DNA of 64,000 nt. Source: Desulfobacteraceae bacterium (GTDB taxonomy: Bacteria; Desulfobacterota; Desulfobacteria; Desulfobacterales; Desulfosarcinaceae). Shown piece after piece: positions 1 through 9,478 of this stretch. The DNA is taken from positions 11,019-75,018 of the forward strand of contig JBNKKA010000002.1 of NCBI GenBank assembly GCA_050291585.1, written 5' to 3'. The position numbers were made by a program, and so were the translations under genes. The stretch's first letter is position 1, and the number at the start of each line of letters is the position of its first letter. The notes beneath the pieces were generated by a model. It saw only the letters and a list, made by a program, of their open reading frames with translations, was not told where the DNA came from and did no database searches.

Positions 1-1
1 G

Positions 2-561
<560 letters not shown>

Positions 562-565
<4 letters not shown>

Positions 566-1989
566 CCTTGTCCTGGACGATAAACGACCTGCTGGCCGCC
601 ACACATGGCAATCTGGCCTATGGTGACCCGGACGGTGCTTTCAGCGCCTTGGGGATCGACTCGCGGCATCTGCCTCAAGATGCGATCTTTGTGGCCATCA
701 AAGGCGAGGTCCACGACGGCCATCGTTTCTGTGGTGACGTGGTCGCCGGTGGCTGCCACTGCCTGGTGGTAGACCAGCGGCCTGACGTGGACCTGGATCA
801 CGATAACTGGCGCAGGGCCGGGATCTCCTGCATCGCGGTGGCCGACACCACCCGCGCCCTGGGAGACCTGGCCCGCTACCACCGCCGGCGCTGCCCGGCC
901 AAGGTGATCGCCATCACCGGCTCCAATGGTAAAACCAGCACCCGCCGCATGACGGCCGGGGTGAGCGCAGAAGCATTCGAGACCCATGCCACCAAGGGCA
1001 ATTTCAACAACGAGATTGGCCTGCCTCTCTCCCTGTTGGGCCTCACGGTCGATCACCAGGTGGCCGTGCTGGAGCTGGGTATGAACCACCCCGGTGAAAT
1101 CCAGCGCCTGGGGGAGATCTGCCTGCCAGACGTGGGCGTAATCACCAACGTGGGCCCCGTCCACTTGGAAGGGGTGGGCAGCATCGAAGGCGTCGCCCGG
1201 GCAAAAGCCGAGCTTTTGGACACCATCGCACCCGACGGCATGGCCATCCTCAACGCCGACGACCCACGCGTGGCGGCCATGGCCGTCCAGACCGAACGCA
1301 CGGTCCTGACCTATGGCCTGGGCCCCACGGCGCGGGTGCGCGCCGAGATGATCCGACCCTCTGCCGATGGTATTGACTTTTTGCTCCACAGCCCGGCGGG
1401 CCAGAGCCCTGTGAGCCTGAACACCCCGGCCCATTTCATGGTCAGCAACGCCCTGGCGGCAGCGGCCGTAGGCGAAGTTCTGGGGATGCGACCCGGGACT
1501 GTCGCCAATGGGCTTAAAACATTCCGGCCGGGACCGGGGCGCATGATGCTGCGCAGCCTGCCCGGCGAGGTGCGTCTCATCGACGACAGCTACAATGCCA
1601 ACCCGGCCTCCATGGCTGCCGCCCTGACCACCCTGCAGCTTTTCCAGGAGACCGGTCGGCGCACCGTGGCTGTCCTGGGGGGTATGCTCGAGCTGGGGCA
1701 GACCGCCGCCGAACTGCACCGTCAGCTGGGCGAATCCGCCGCCAGGAGCGGCATCGATCGTCTGTATGTCTTTGGCGAATACGCCGAGGTGATGTTAGCG
1801 GGCGCCCGTGAGGCGGGCCTCGCCGGCGACCATCTCTTTGCCGGCAGCCACGATGAGATCGCCGCCGACCTGAAAACCTGGCTGCAAGCCGGCGACTGCC
1901 TCCTGGTCAAGGGATCGCGAGGCATGACCATGGAAAAAGTAATTACACAATTGGAGGAAAAAGCCCTCAAAAAGGAGGAGCCCAAATGA
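562..1989 (+). CDS. murF: UDP-N-acetylmuramoyl-tripeptide--D-alanyl-D-alanine ligase
   Basis: 475 aa with the ITGSNGKTSTRRM P-loop, ELGMNHPGEI and DDSYNANP motifs. Positioned between murE and mraY. Confidence 0.93.
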
Positions 1990-2225
1990 TTACCTGCTGG
2001 CTCATGGCTGAGGGCGGTTGGAAGTCCCTTACAGCAAACGAGCGGATTCCCCGGAAAGGAGGCAGCCGGCGCCTTCTCAGCAGCCGCCAGGTGAGCCGCT
2101 GGTGGCGAAACGAACTGGCCCTCATCGCGGCGCCCTGTTTCGACTTGACAGATTATAACGGCGCAAAAGCCAAAACCTTTTTCACCATTTTTTCCATTAA
2201 TGACAGAATGCACAGGCCGCAATGA
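1986..2225 (+). CDS. Hypothetical 79-aa protein filling the murF-mraY gap (candidate only)
   Basis: The ATG at 1986 overlaps the murF TGA (ATGA), and the TGA at 2223-2225 overlaps the mraY ATG (ATGA). 53 of 79 codons end in G/C by hand count. No family recognised ([15 protein letters not shown]...). Confidence 0.3.
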   Translation: MITCWLMAEGGWKSLTANERIPRKGGSRRLLSSRQVSRWWRNELALIAAPCFDLTDYNGAKAKTFFTIFSINDRMHRPQ

Positions 2226-3301
2226 TCTACCATCTCCTCTATCCGCTGCACACCAGCATCTCGGCGTTCAACGTCTTCCGGTACATCACCTTCCGGGCGA
2301 TCTACGCCAGCCTGACGGCCTTTCTGATCTGTTTTCTGCTGGGACCCTGGATGATCCGTAAGCTTGCGGCCCTCCAGGTGGGTCAGTATGTGCGCGAGGA
2401 CGGGCCCCAGACCCACCTCAAAAAGGCGGGCACCCCCACCATGGGCGGCTGCCTGATCATCGCCGGGGTAGCGGCCGCCACCCTGTTGTGGGCCGACCTG
2501 ACCAACATCTACATCTGGATTCTGCTCCTCAGCCTGTTGGGCTTCGGCCTCATCGGCTTTGTGGACGACTACCTCATGCAGGTCAAGAAACGCTCCAAAG
2601 GCCTCACCGCCAAGGGCAAGATCTTGCTGCAGGTTTTCCTGGCCATGGGGATCGGCACCCTTGTGCTGCTGCGACCCGACTTCGACACCCAGGTGACCAT
2701 ACCTTTTTTAAAGCAGGTCTCTCCCGACCTGGGCTGGTGGTACGTGCCCTTCGCCGCCCTGGTGATCGTGGGGGCCTCCAACGGCGTCAACCTCACCGAC
2801 GGCCTGGACGGTCTCGCCATCGGTCCCATGACGGTGGCGGCGGTCACCTATATGATCTTCGCCTATGTGGCCGGCCATGTGCGCATCGCCGAATACCTGC
2901 AGATCAACTACGTGGCCGGCTGCGGCGAGGTGACCGTCTTCTGCGGCTGTCTGGCCGGCGCCGGCCTGGGTTTCCTGTGGTTCAACGCCTACCCGGCCCA
3001 GGTCTTCATGGGCGACACGGGCTCCCTCAGCCTGGGGGCTTCACTGGGCGCCCTGGCGGTGATCACCAAACAGGAGATCCTACTGGTGCTGGTGGGCGGC
3101 CTCTTCGTCATCGAGGCCCTCTCGGTCATCTTTCAGGTGAGCTTTTTCAAGGTCACCAAAGGCAAACGCATCTTCCGTATGGCGCCCCTGCACCATCATT
3201 TTGAACTCAAGGGCTGGCCGGAACCCAAGGTTATTGTCCGTTTCTGGATCATCGCTATAGCCCTGGCGCTGGTATCCATGAGCACTTTGAAATTACGCTG
3301 A
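2222..3301 (+). CDS. mraY: Phospho-N-acetylmuramoyl-pentapeptide transferase
   Basis: 359-aa polytopic membrane protein with [23 protein letters not shown] and APLHHHFE signatures. Confidence 0.95.
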   Translation: MIYHLLYPLHTSISAFNVFRYITFRAIYASLTAFLICFLLGPWMIRKLAALQVGQYVREDGPQTHLKKAGTPTMGGCLIIAGVAAATLLWADLTNIYIWILLLSLLGFGLIGFVDDYLMQVKKRSKGLTAKGKILLQVFLAMGIGTLVLLRPDFDTQVTIPFLKQVSPDLGWWYVPFAALVIVGASNGVNLTDGLDGLAIGPMTVAAVTYMIFAYVAGHVRIAEYLQINYVAGCGEVTVFCGCLAGAGLGFLWFNAYPAQVFMGDTGSLSLGASLGALAVITKQEILLVLVGGLFVIEALSVIFQVSFFKVTKGKRIFRMAPLHHHFELKGWPEPKVIVRFWIIAIALALVSMSTLKLR

Positions 3302-3387
3302 TGAAACTGAGAACTATCCAAACGATTGCCAAAAACGACCGCAGCGCCGAAGCGCTGGTATCCATGAGCACTTTGAAATTACGCTGA
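3301..3387 (+). CDS. Junction-duplication mini-ORF 1, 28 codons ([28 protein letters not shown])
   Basis: The ATG shares its A with the mraY TGA (TGATG). Its stop TGA shares its A with the next ATG. The peptide starts like MurD (MKLR) and ends like MraY ([11 protein letters not shown]). Translation is not demonstrated. Confidence 0.25.
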   Translation: MKLRTIQTIAKNDRSAEALVSMSTLKLR

Positions 3388-3473
3388 TGAAACTGAGAAC
3401 TATCTATACGATAGCCAAAAACGACCGCAGCGCCGAAGCGCTGGTATCCATGAGCACGTTGAAACTAGGCTGA
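3387..3473 (+). CDS. Junction-duplication mini-ORF 2, 28 codons ([28 protein letters not shown])
   Basis: Same architecture as mini-ORF 1. Its stop overlaps the real murD ATG at 3473 (TGATG). Confidence 0.25.
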   Translation: MKLRTIYTIAKNDRSAEALVSMSTLKLG

Positions 3474-4837
3474 TGAAATTGAGAAATTCACATACGGTGG
3501 TAGTGGGACTGGGCCGCTCGGGTCTGGCCGCCGCCGAGTTGTTGCTTCTCAAAGGGGCCCGGGTGACAGTCACCGATAGCCGCGGCGCAGATGAGTTGGG
3601 TGAAGCGGCAAGCGTGGCCGAATCCCTGGGTGCCGCCCTGGAATTGGGTGGCCACAATCAGGCCACCCTCGACAACGCCGACCTCATCGTCATCAGCCCC
3701 GGAGTGCCCCACACCATCGCCCCCCTGGAGAAGGCCCGCGCCAAGGGCGTCCCCGTCATCGGCGAGGTGGAGCTGGCGACCAGATTTATCACGGCCCCCA
3801 TAGTGGCGGTGAGCGGCACCAACGGCAAGACCACCACCACGGAGCTGCTCGGAAAGATGCTTAAGGCTTCTGGCAAAAAGACCTTCGTGGGCGGCAACAT
3901 CGGCATGGCCCTGAGCAACTGCGTCATCGCGAACAAAGATCCTGATGTGGTAGTGGCCGAGATCTCCAGCTTTCAGCTGGACACCATTGTGAGATTTCGT
4001 CCCAAGGTTGGGGTACTCCTCAACATCAGCGCCGACCACTTGGACCGCTACGATGGCATGACCGCTTACGCCGCCAGCAAGGCGCGTCTGTGGGCCAATA
4101 TGCAGGCCGAGGACAGCCTCGTCTACCATCGCACGGACCCGTACATCGCTTCTCTGGTGACAGGGGCACCCGGCCACCACCTGCCCTTCGCAGCAACGGA
4201 TGGCGGGGATGAAGCGATGGCCACAGGAGCCCTGATCGACGACCAGCAGATCGAGCTGCGCCTGCCCGACCAGGAGGTCATGGCCATCGACCTGAGCCAC
4301 ACGCGCCTCATCGGCCCCCACAATCGCGAGAATATCGCCGCAGCGGCCCTGGCGGCCCTGTCAGCCGGGGCCACCCTGGCGGGCGTCCAGAAGGCGCTGG
4401 ACGATTTCGCCCCCCTGCCCCACCGCCTGGAGCCAGTGGGCACAGTGGAAGGGGTGACTTACGTCAACGATTCCAAAGCCACCAACGTGGATGCCACGGT
4501 GCGCGCCCTGGCCTGCTTTGACGGCCCCGTGGCCCTCATCGTGGGGGGACGCAATAAAGATAATGATTTTAGTGAATTGCGTGAGGCGATTCGCACCACT
4601 GCCCGTCTATTGCTGGTCAATGGCGAGGCTCGCCAGGAGATCGTCGCCGCCCTCGAAGGCTGCGGGGTACCCCTGGAAACTATGGCCACCCAGGTAGAGG
4701 CGCTGGAAAAAGCGCGCCAGGAAGCCGAGCCTGGCTGGACCGTCCTGCTCTCGCCGGCCTGCGCCAGTTTCGATCAGTTCGATAACTATGCCGCCCGGGG
4801 GACGGCCTTCAGGAAAACGGTGGAGGGATGGCGATGA
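3473..4837 (+). CDS. murD: UDP-N-acetylmuramoylalanine--D-glutamate ligase
   Basis: 454 aa with an N-terminal Rossmann-like VVVGLGRSGLAAA, the VSGTNGKTTT P-loop, and dcw position. Confidence 0.93.
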   Translation: MKLRNSHTVVVGLGRSGLAAAELLLLKGARVTVTDSRGADELGEAASVAESLGAALELGGHNQATLDNADLIVISPGVPHTIAPLEKARAKGVPVIGEVELATRFITAPIVAVSGTNGKTTTTELLGKMLKASGKKTFVGGNIGMALSNCVIANKDPDVVVAEISSFQLDTIVRFRPKVGVLLNISADHLDRYDGMTAYAASKARLWANMQAEDSLVYHRTDPYIASLVTGAPGHHLPFAATDGGDEAMATGALIDDQQIELRLPDQEVMAIDLSHTRLIGPHNRENIAAAALAALSAGATLAGVQKALDDFAPLPHRLEPVGTVEGVTYVNDSKATNVDATVRALACFDGPVALIVGGRNKDNDFSELREAIRTTARLLLVNGEARQEIVAALEGCGVPLETMATQVEALEKARQEAEPGWTVLLSPACASFDQFDNYAARGTAFRKTVEGWR

Positions 4838-6024
4838 GTGTGGCCGTGAACGCGCCCAACATCGTTGGGCCGTCCAGCACAGATGGACCGTCTGCCGTAG
4901 GCTTGACCTACGACACCAAGTTGCTTTTCTGCGTCCTTTTTCTGGTGGGGGTTGGCCTCGTCATGGTGTTCAGCTCCAGTAGTGCCCTGGCCCTCAAGCA
5001 GTACGACACCAGCTACTACTTTCTCAAGCGGCAATCGATCTTCTCCGTATTGGGAATCCTCGCCCTGGTGGTCTGCAGCCATGTGCCCTACCGGATCTAT
5101 CGCCTGCTGGCCTACCCCATCCTGCTGGTAGCCATCGCCGCCCTCCTGATGGTCCAATTCAGCAGTCTGGGGGTTTCGGCCGGCGGGGCGCGTCGCTGGC
5201 TCGATCTGGGCTTCCTGCGCTTTCAGCCCTCGGAGCTGGCGCGCCAAGCCTTGGTGATCTACCTGGCCTATTCGCTCTCTAAAAAACAGCCCAACATCCG
5301 CCGCCTGAGCGTGGGTTTCATCCCCCACGCAGTGGTCCTGGGGGTGTTCACACTGCTGCTTTTATTCCAGCCTGACTTCGGTTCGGTGGTGATCTTCACA
5401 GCCATCACCTGGATCGTCATGTTCGTGGGCGGCGTGCCCCTGCGCTGGCTGGTGGGCTTCATCCTGCCCCTGCTGCCGGCGGCCTATTTTTACGCCCTCA
5501 CCGCCGAGTACCGCGTCAAACGTCTCCTGAGTTTCCTGGATCCCTGGCAGTATCCCGCCGACGCGGGCTACCAGACCATCCACAGCCTGATGGCCTTCGG
5601 CTCGGGCGGTATCGTTGGCACCGGGGTGGGCAAAGGCGTCCAGAAGCTCTTCTACCTGCCCGAGTCCCACACCGACTTCATCTTTTCAGTGATCGGCGAG
5701 GAGCTTGGTCTGGTGGGGGTCTGGTTCATCATCGCGCTTTACACGGTGCTCTTCTGGCGGGGCATGCGCATCGCGCGCAACTGCGACGATCAGTTCGGAG
5801 CCCTTTTGGCCATGGGGATCACAACGGCCATCGGCCTGCAGGTGGTAATCAACATGGGTGTCACTCTGGGGCTATTGCCCACCAAGGGTCTGACCCTGCC
5901 CTTCCTGAGCTACGGGGGCACCTCCCTGCTGCTCAACATGGGGGCCATGGGCATTTTAATGAATATCGGCATGGGCAAAACGAAAGGGGAAAGCGGTCGT
6001 GTTCATCGTCCAAAACGCCCCTAA
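4828..6024 (+). CDS. ftsW: Peptidoglycan glycosyltransferase / lipid II flippase-type SEDS protein FtsW
   Basis: 398-aa polytopic protein with QPSELAR, LPESHTDFIFSVIGEELG and LPTKGLTLPFLSYGGTSL motifs. The start overlaps the murD end (an alternative ATG at 4834 forms ATGA). Confidence 0.9.
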   Translation: MAMSVAVNAPNIVGPSSTDGPSAVGLTYDTKLLFCVLFLVGVGLVMVFSSSSALALKQYDTSYYFLKRQSIFSVLGILALVVCSHVPYRIYRLLAYPILLVAIAALLMVQFSSLGVSAGGARRWLDLGFLRFQPSELARQALVIYLAYSLSKKQPNIRRLSVGFIPHAVVLGVFTLLLLFQPDFGSVVIFTAITWIVMFVGGVPLRWLVGFILPLLPAAYFYALTAEYRVKRLLSFLDPWQYPADAGYQTIHSLMAFGSGGIVGTGVGKGVQKLFYLPESHTDFIFSVIGEELGLVGVWFIIALYTVLFWRGMRIARNCDDQFGALLAMGITTAIGLQVVINMGVTLGLLPTKGLTLPFLSYGGTSLLLNMGAMGILMNIGMGKTKGESGRVHRPKRP

Positions 6025-7222
6025 GAATAAGGGGTACGCCCCTAAGAACCAGGGGTACGCCCCTAAGAACAAGGGGTACGATAAAACAAGGGGCGTTGAT
6101 AATCGCCTTCTGCGGGTCGTCATCGCCGGTGGCGGCACCGGTGGCCACCTCTTTCCCGGCATCGCCATCGCCGAGGCCTTCGTTGCTGAACGTCCGGGCA
6201 CCGAAGTAATGTTCATCGGTTCGGGCCGCCCCCTGGAGATATCGGTGCTCTCCCAGACGGGGTTTCAGTTCGACACCATCGCCATCGAGGGTCTCAAGGG
6301 ACGCGGCCGTTGGAACCAGCTGCGAGCCGCTTTCAAGATCCCCGCTGCTGTCTGGTCCTCGGCCCGCAAGCTGTGGGCCTTCCGCCCCCAAATGGTCGTG
6401 GGTGTGGGTGGCTACTCTGCCGGCCCTGTAGTCGCCGCGGCCTGGCTGCTGCGGATGCCACGGGTGCTCCACGAGCAGAACCTGCTGCCAGGGGTCACCA
6501 ACCGCATCCTGGCCCGCCTGTCCAATCGTATCTATATTAGCTTTGCCGATACGGAGGGGCGCTGGGCGACAGACAAGATACGTCTCACGGGCAACCCCGT
6601 CCGCAAGGCGCTGCTCAGGGGCACGCAGAAAGAGGCCTCCTGCGAAGATGGCCTTAATCTCCTGGTCATGGGGGGTAGTCAGGGGGCCCACGCCATCAAT
6701 ATGGCCCTGATCGACGCCCTCGCCAAGCTGCCCAAAGAGACCACGCTGTGCGTGCGTCACCAGACGGGTACCAAAGACCTTGGGATGGTGACGGCCGCCT
6801 ATAGGCGCCATGGTGTCAAGGCACAGGTGCAGCCTTTCTTTAACGACATGGCCGACTGCTACCGGTGGGCCGATCTGGCCATCTGCCGGGCGGGGGCCAC
6901 CACCGTGGCGGAACTGACGGCCGTGGGACTACCGGCCCTTTTCGTGCCCTTCCCATTCGCCGCCGACGACCACCAGCGCCTCAACGCCGAAGCCGTGGTC
7001 CAGGCTGGCGGTGGTGAGATGGTGTTGGAGCAGGATCTGGATGGCCACCGATTGGCCAAGCACCTGGCCCACTTTATGGATCACCCCGAGAGTCTGCGGG
7101 AAATGGCCGCGGCGGCCCGTATCCTGGGACGGCCGGCGGCGGCCGAGGAGATTGTCGAAGACTGCTTAACGCTGCTGGGATTGAAGTCATCTGCCGCGCA
7201 AGCTGAACCGGAGATTAAATAG
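5999..7222 (+). CDS. murG: UDP-N-acetylglucosamine--N-acetylmuramyl-(pentapeptide) pyrophosphoryl-undecaprenol N-acetylglucosamine transferase
   Basis: [14 protein letters not shown]-loop, GGSQGA, and [21 protein letters not shown]. There is no ATG/GTG/TTG in frame between 6002 and the G-loop, so GTG 5999 (AAGGGG Shine-Dalgarno about 9 nt upstream) is the likely start. This gives a roughly 35-aa repeat-containing N-terminal extension. Confidence 0.88.
   Translation: MFIVQNAPKNKGYAPKNQGYAPKNKGYDKTRGVDNRLLRVVIAGGGTGGHLFPGIAIAEAFVAERPGTEVMFIGSGRPLEISVLSQTGFQFDTIAIEGLKGRGRWNQLRAAFKIPAAVWSSARKLWAFRPQMVVGVGGYSAGPVVAAAWLLRMPRVLHEQNLLPGVTNRILARLSNRIYISFADTEGRWATDKIRLTGNPVRKALLRGTQKEASCEDGLNLLVMGGSQGAHAINMALIDALAKLPKETTLCVRHQTGTKDLGMVTAAYRRHGVKAQVQPFFNDMADCYRWADLAICRAGATTVAELTAVGLPALFVPFPFAADDHQRLNAEAVVQAGGGEMVLEQDLDGHRLAKHLAHFMDHPESLREMAAAARILGRPAAAEEIVEDCLTLLGLKSSAAQAEPEIK
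6017..6079. repeat. 21-nt tandem repeat x3 (GCCCCTAAGAAnnAGGGGTAC) plus a partial 4th copy extending to about 6094
   Basis: Units lie at 6017-6037, 6038-6058 and 6059-6079. Each contains a CCCCT-N7-AGGGG inverted repeat. The first unit supplies the ftsW TAA stop. All units are in frame in murG and encode APKN(K/Q)GY x3. Confidence 0.9.
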
Positions 7223-7226
7223 ACCT

Positions 7227-8606
7227 ATGTACCAAAAAAAATATCACATCCACTTCGTAGGCATCGGCGGCATAGGCATGAGCGGCATCGCAGAACTGCT
7301 CCTCAACCTGGGCTACCGGGTGAGTGGCTCCGACCTGCGCGCCTCGGATATTACCCGTCGCCTTACAAGCCTTGGGGGTAAGATCTTCGAGGGCCACCGC
7401 GCCGAGCAGATCGAGGGTGCCGACGTGGTGGTCACCAGCACGGCCGTCAACCCCAGCAACCCCGAAGTCGTGGCCGCCCAGGGCGCCGGGGTCCCCGTCA
7501 TCCCGCGGGCCGAGATGCTGGCCGAACTCATGCGCATCAAGTTCAGCATCGCCATCGCCGGGGCCCACGGCAAGACCTCCACCACCAGTCTGGTAGCCGC
7601 CGTCCTGGGGGAGGGCAAACTGGATCCCACCGTCGTCATCGGCGGGAAACTCCTCGGCATCGGCACCAATGCTGTGCTCGGTAAAGGCGATTTTCTGGTT
7701 GCTGAGGCCGACGAGAGCGATGGTAGCTTTTTGAAGTACAACCCGGCCATCGCCGTGGTGACCAACATCGACCGCGAGCACCTGGACTTCTACGCTGACC
7801 TGGACGCCATCAAGCAGGTCTTTCTGGATTTTATCGAGCGGATCCCCTTTTACGGTCTGGCGGTGCTCTGCCTGGACAATGAATCGGTGCAGGACCTCCT
7901 GCCCCACATCAAGAAGCGTGTGGCCACCTACGGCACCTCCACCCAGGCCGATTTCCAGGCTGCCGACGTGCGCTTCGAGGGGCTCACCTCCAGCTTCCGG
8001 GTGAGCCATAAGGGTGAGGTCCTCGGCGATATCCGCCTCAACCTGCCGGGGATGCACAATGTCTACAACGCCATGGCCAGCGTGGTGGTTGGCCGTGAGT
8101 TGGACCTTCCCTTTGTTACCATTAAAAAGGCCCTCGAGACGGTTAAGGGGGTGGGGCGCCGCATCGAGATCAAGGGCGAGGCCCGAGGCGTAAAGGTCGT
8201 GGACGACTACGGCCACCACCCCACAGAGATCAAGACAACCCTGGCGGCGGTGGCCCAGAGCTGGCCGGAGCGGCGCAAGGTGGTGGTTTTTCAGCCCCAC
8301 CGTTACACCCGCACCCAGAGCCTCTTCGACGAGTTTACGCGGGCTTTTTACCAAAGCGACCAGCTGCTGGTGCTGCCCATCTACGCGGCCAGCGAGACGC
8401 CCATCGAAGGGGTCGACAGTCTGCAACTCAGCGAACAGATCCGAGCCCATGGGCACAAGGATGTGCACCACATGCAGAACTTTGAGGTCTGCGAAACCTT
8501 TCTGCAAGAGAACTTGAAAGCGGGGGATCTGCTCCTCACCCTGGGAGCGGGTGACGTGGTCCAGATCGGGGAGCGCATGCTGACCCAATTGAAAACCGAA
8601 GCCTGA
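7227..8606 (+). CDS. murC: UDP-N-acetylmuramate--L-alanine ligase
   Basis: 459 aa with [17 protein letters not shown] and the [11 protein letters not shown]-loop. Confidence 0.94.
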   Translation: MYQKKYHIHFVGIGGIGMSGIAELLLNLGYRVSGSDLRASDITRRLTSLGGKIFEGHRAEQIEGADVVVTSTAVNPSNPEVVAAQGAGVPVIPRAEMLAELMRIKFSIAIAGAHGKTSTTSLVAAVLGEGKLDPTVVIGGKLLGIGTNAVLGKGDFLVAEADESDGSFLKYNPAIAVVTNIDREHLDFYADLDAIKQVFLDFIERIPFYGLAVLCLDNESVQDLLPHIKKRVATYGTSTQADFQAADVRFEGLTSSFRVSHKGEVLGDIRLNLPGMHNVYNAMASVVVGRELDLPFVTIKKALETVKGVGRRIEIKGEARGVKVVDDYGHHPTEIKTTLAAVAQSWPERRKVVVFQPHRYTRTQSLFDEFTRAFYQSDQLLVLPIYAASETPIEGVDSLQLSEQIRAHGHKDVHHMQNFEVCETFLQENLKAGDLLLTLGAGDVVQIGERMLTQLKTEA

Positions 8607-8632
8607 AGTAACCCTAGTATCAGAGGCAACCC

Positions 8633-9469
8633 ATGCTGTTTGACAAAAAACGTACGCGTAAAAATCGCTACAAAAAACGCCCCAGGAGCGGCAAGCCCGG
8701 GGCCGGCGCCAAGCGTCTGCTAAAAATAATGGGCGGCAGTCTGGCGGTGGGAGCGTTCAGTGCATCGTTGGTCATGGCCCACGCCCTGTTTACCCAGGCC
8801 GGATACTACCGCGCCAAAGAGCTGCCGGTGAGCGGCAACCAGCGCCTCAGCGCCGCGGCGGTCCTGGCCCAGGCGGAGCTGGCCCCTGGGGTTCAGATTC
8901 TGGACCTCAACCTGGCCAGCGTGCACAATCGTCTCTTGGCCCACCCCTGGATCGCCGAGGCCCAGGTGTCGCGGGAGATTCCCAACACCCTGCGGGTGAC
9001 GGTGCGCGAACACCGCCCCCTGGCCGTGGTGGACATGCAGATGGGCCGGCGCTACCTGCTCAATGCCCAGGGGCGCCTGTTCAAACAATGGGACGCCACC
9101 GACCCGGAGGATCTGCCCGTGGTCACCGGCCTGGGCTATCGGGACCTGCCCATGAAAGCGCAAAGGGGGACCAAGCCCTTCCAGGCGGTTCTGACCCTGC
9201 TCACCGAGACCGCAGCCTGGGAGGCGCTCTCCCTCTCAAAAATCGAGGCCGACCCCGAAACCGGGCTGACCCTCGTGGTGGCCCACAGCGCCCAGCAGAT
9301 TCGCATGGGCTATGGTCAGTACCCCGAAAAATTGTCCCGTCTGAAGGCCCTTCAAAAGCGCCTCAAAGACGGTAACTATATGCACGATTTCGCGTCCATC
9401 GACGTGAGCGATTTGGAACGGATTGTCGTTGCACCAGCTGGCGGAAGCGGAGATCAGCAGCGTTCATAG
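8633..9469 (+). CDS. ftsQ: Cell division protein FtsQ (POTRA domain, single N-terminal TM)
   Basis: 278 aa with a basic N-terminus, then a TM segment (LAVGAFSASLVMAHALF), then a POTRA-like region. Positioned between murC and ftsA. Confidence 0.8.
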   Translation: MLFDKKRTRKNRYKKRPRSGKPGAGAKRLLKIMGGSLAVGAFSASLVMAHALFTQAGYYRAKELPVSGNQRLSAAAVLAQAELAPGVQILDLNLASVHNRLLAHPWIAEAQVSREIPNTLRVTVREHRPLAVVDMQMGRRYLLNAQGRLFKQWDATDPEDLPVVTGLGYRDLPMKAQRGTKPFQAVLTLLTETAAWEALSLSKIEADPETGLTLVVAHSAQQIRMGYGQYPEKLSRLKALQKRLKDGNYMHDFASIDVSDLERIVVAPAGGSGDQQRS

Positions 9470-9478
9470 GAGGAGCAC

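Larger units (their letters stand above)
3266..3490. repeat. Tandem repeat with exact 86-nt period, about 2.6 copies, duplicating the mraY 3' end / TGATG / murD 5' end junction
   Basis: Copies start at 3266, 3352 and 3438 (GCGCTGGTATCCATGAGCAC...). 3266-3300 is identical to 3352-3386. Copy 2 differs from copy 1 at 6 positions. Copy 3 diverges after ATGAAATTGAGAA into genuine murD. Confidence 0.95.

Noticed and set aside
2145-2159. TTGACA followed by TATAAC inside the murF-mraY spacer ORF, as a possible mraY promoter
   Set aside because: The two hexamers are only 3 nt apart, which is incompatible with a sigma70 -35/-10 geometry. No suitably spaced partner hexamer was found.
3266-3490. Considered whether the tandem repeats (86-nt, 21-nt at 6017-6079, 18-nt at 53331-53456) could be CRISPR arrays
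   Set aside because: The units are directly abutting with no unique spacers. They lie inside or at the boundaries of coding genes, and no cas genes are present.
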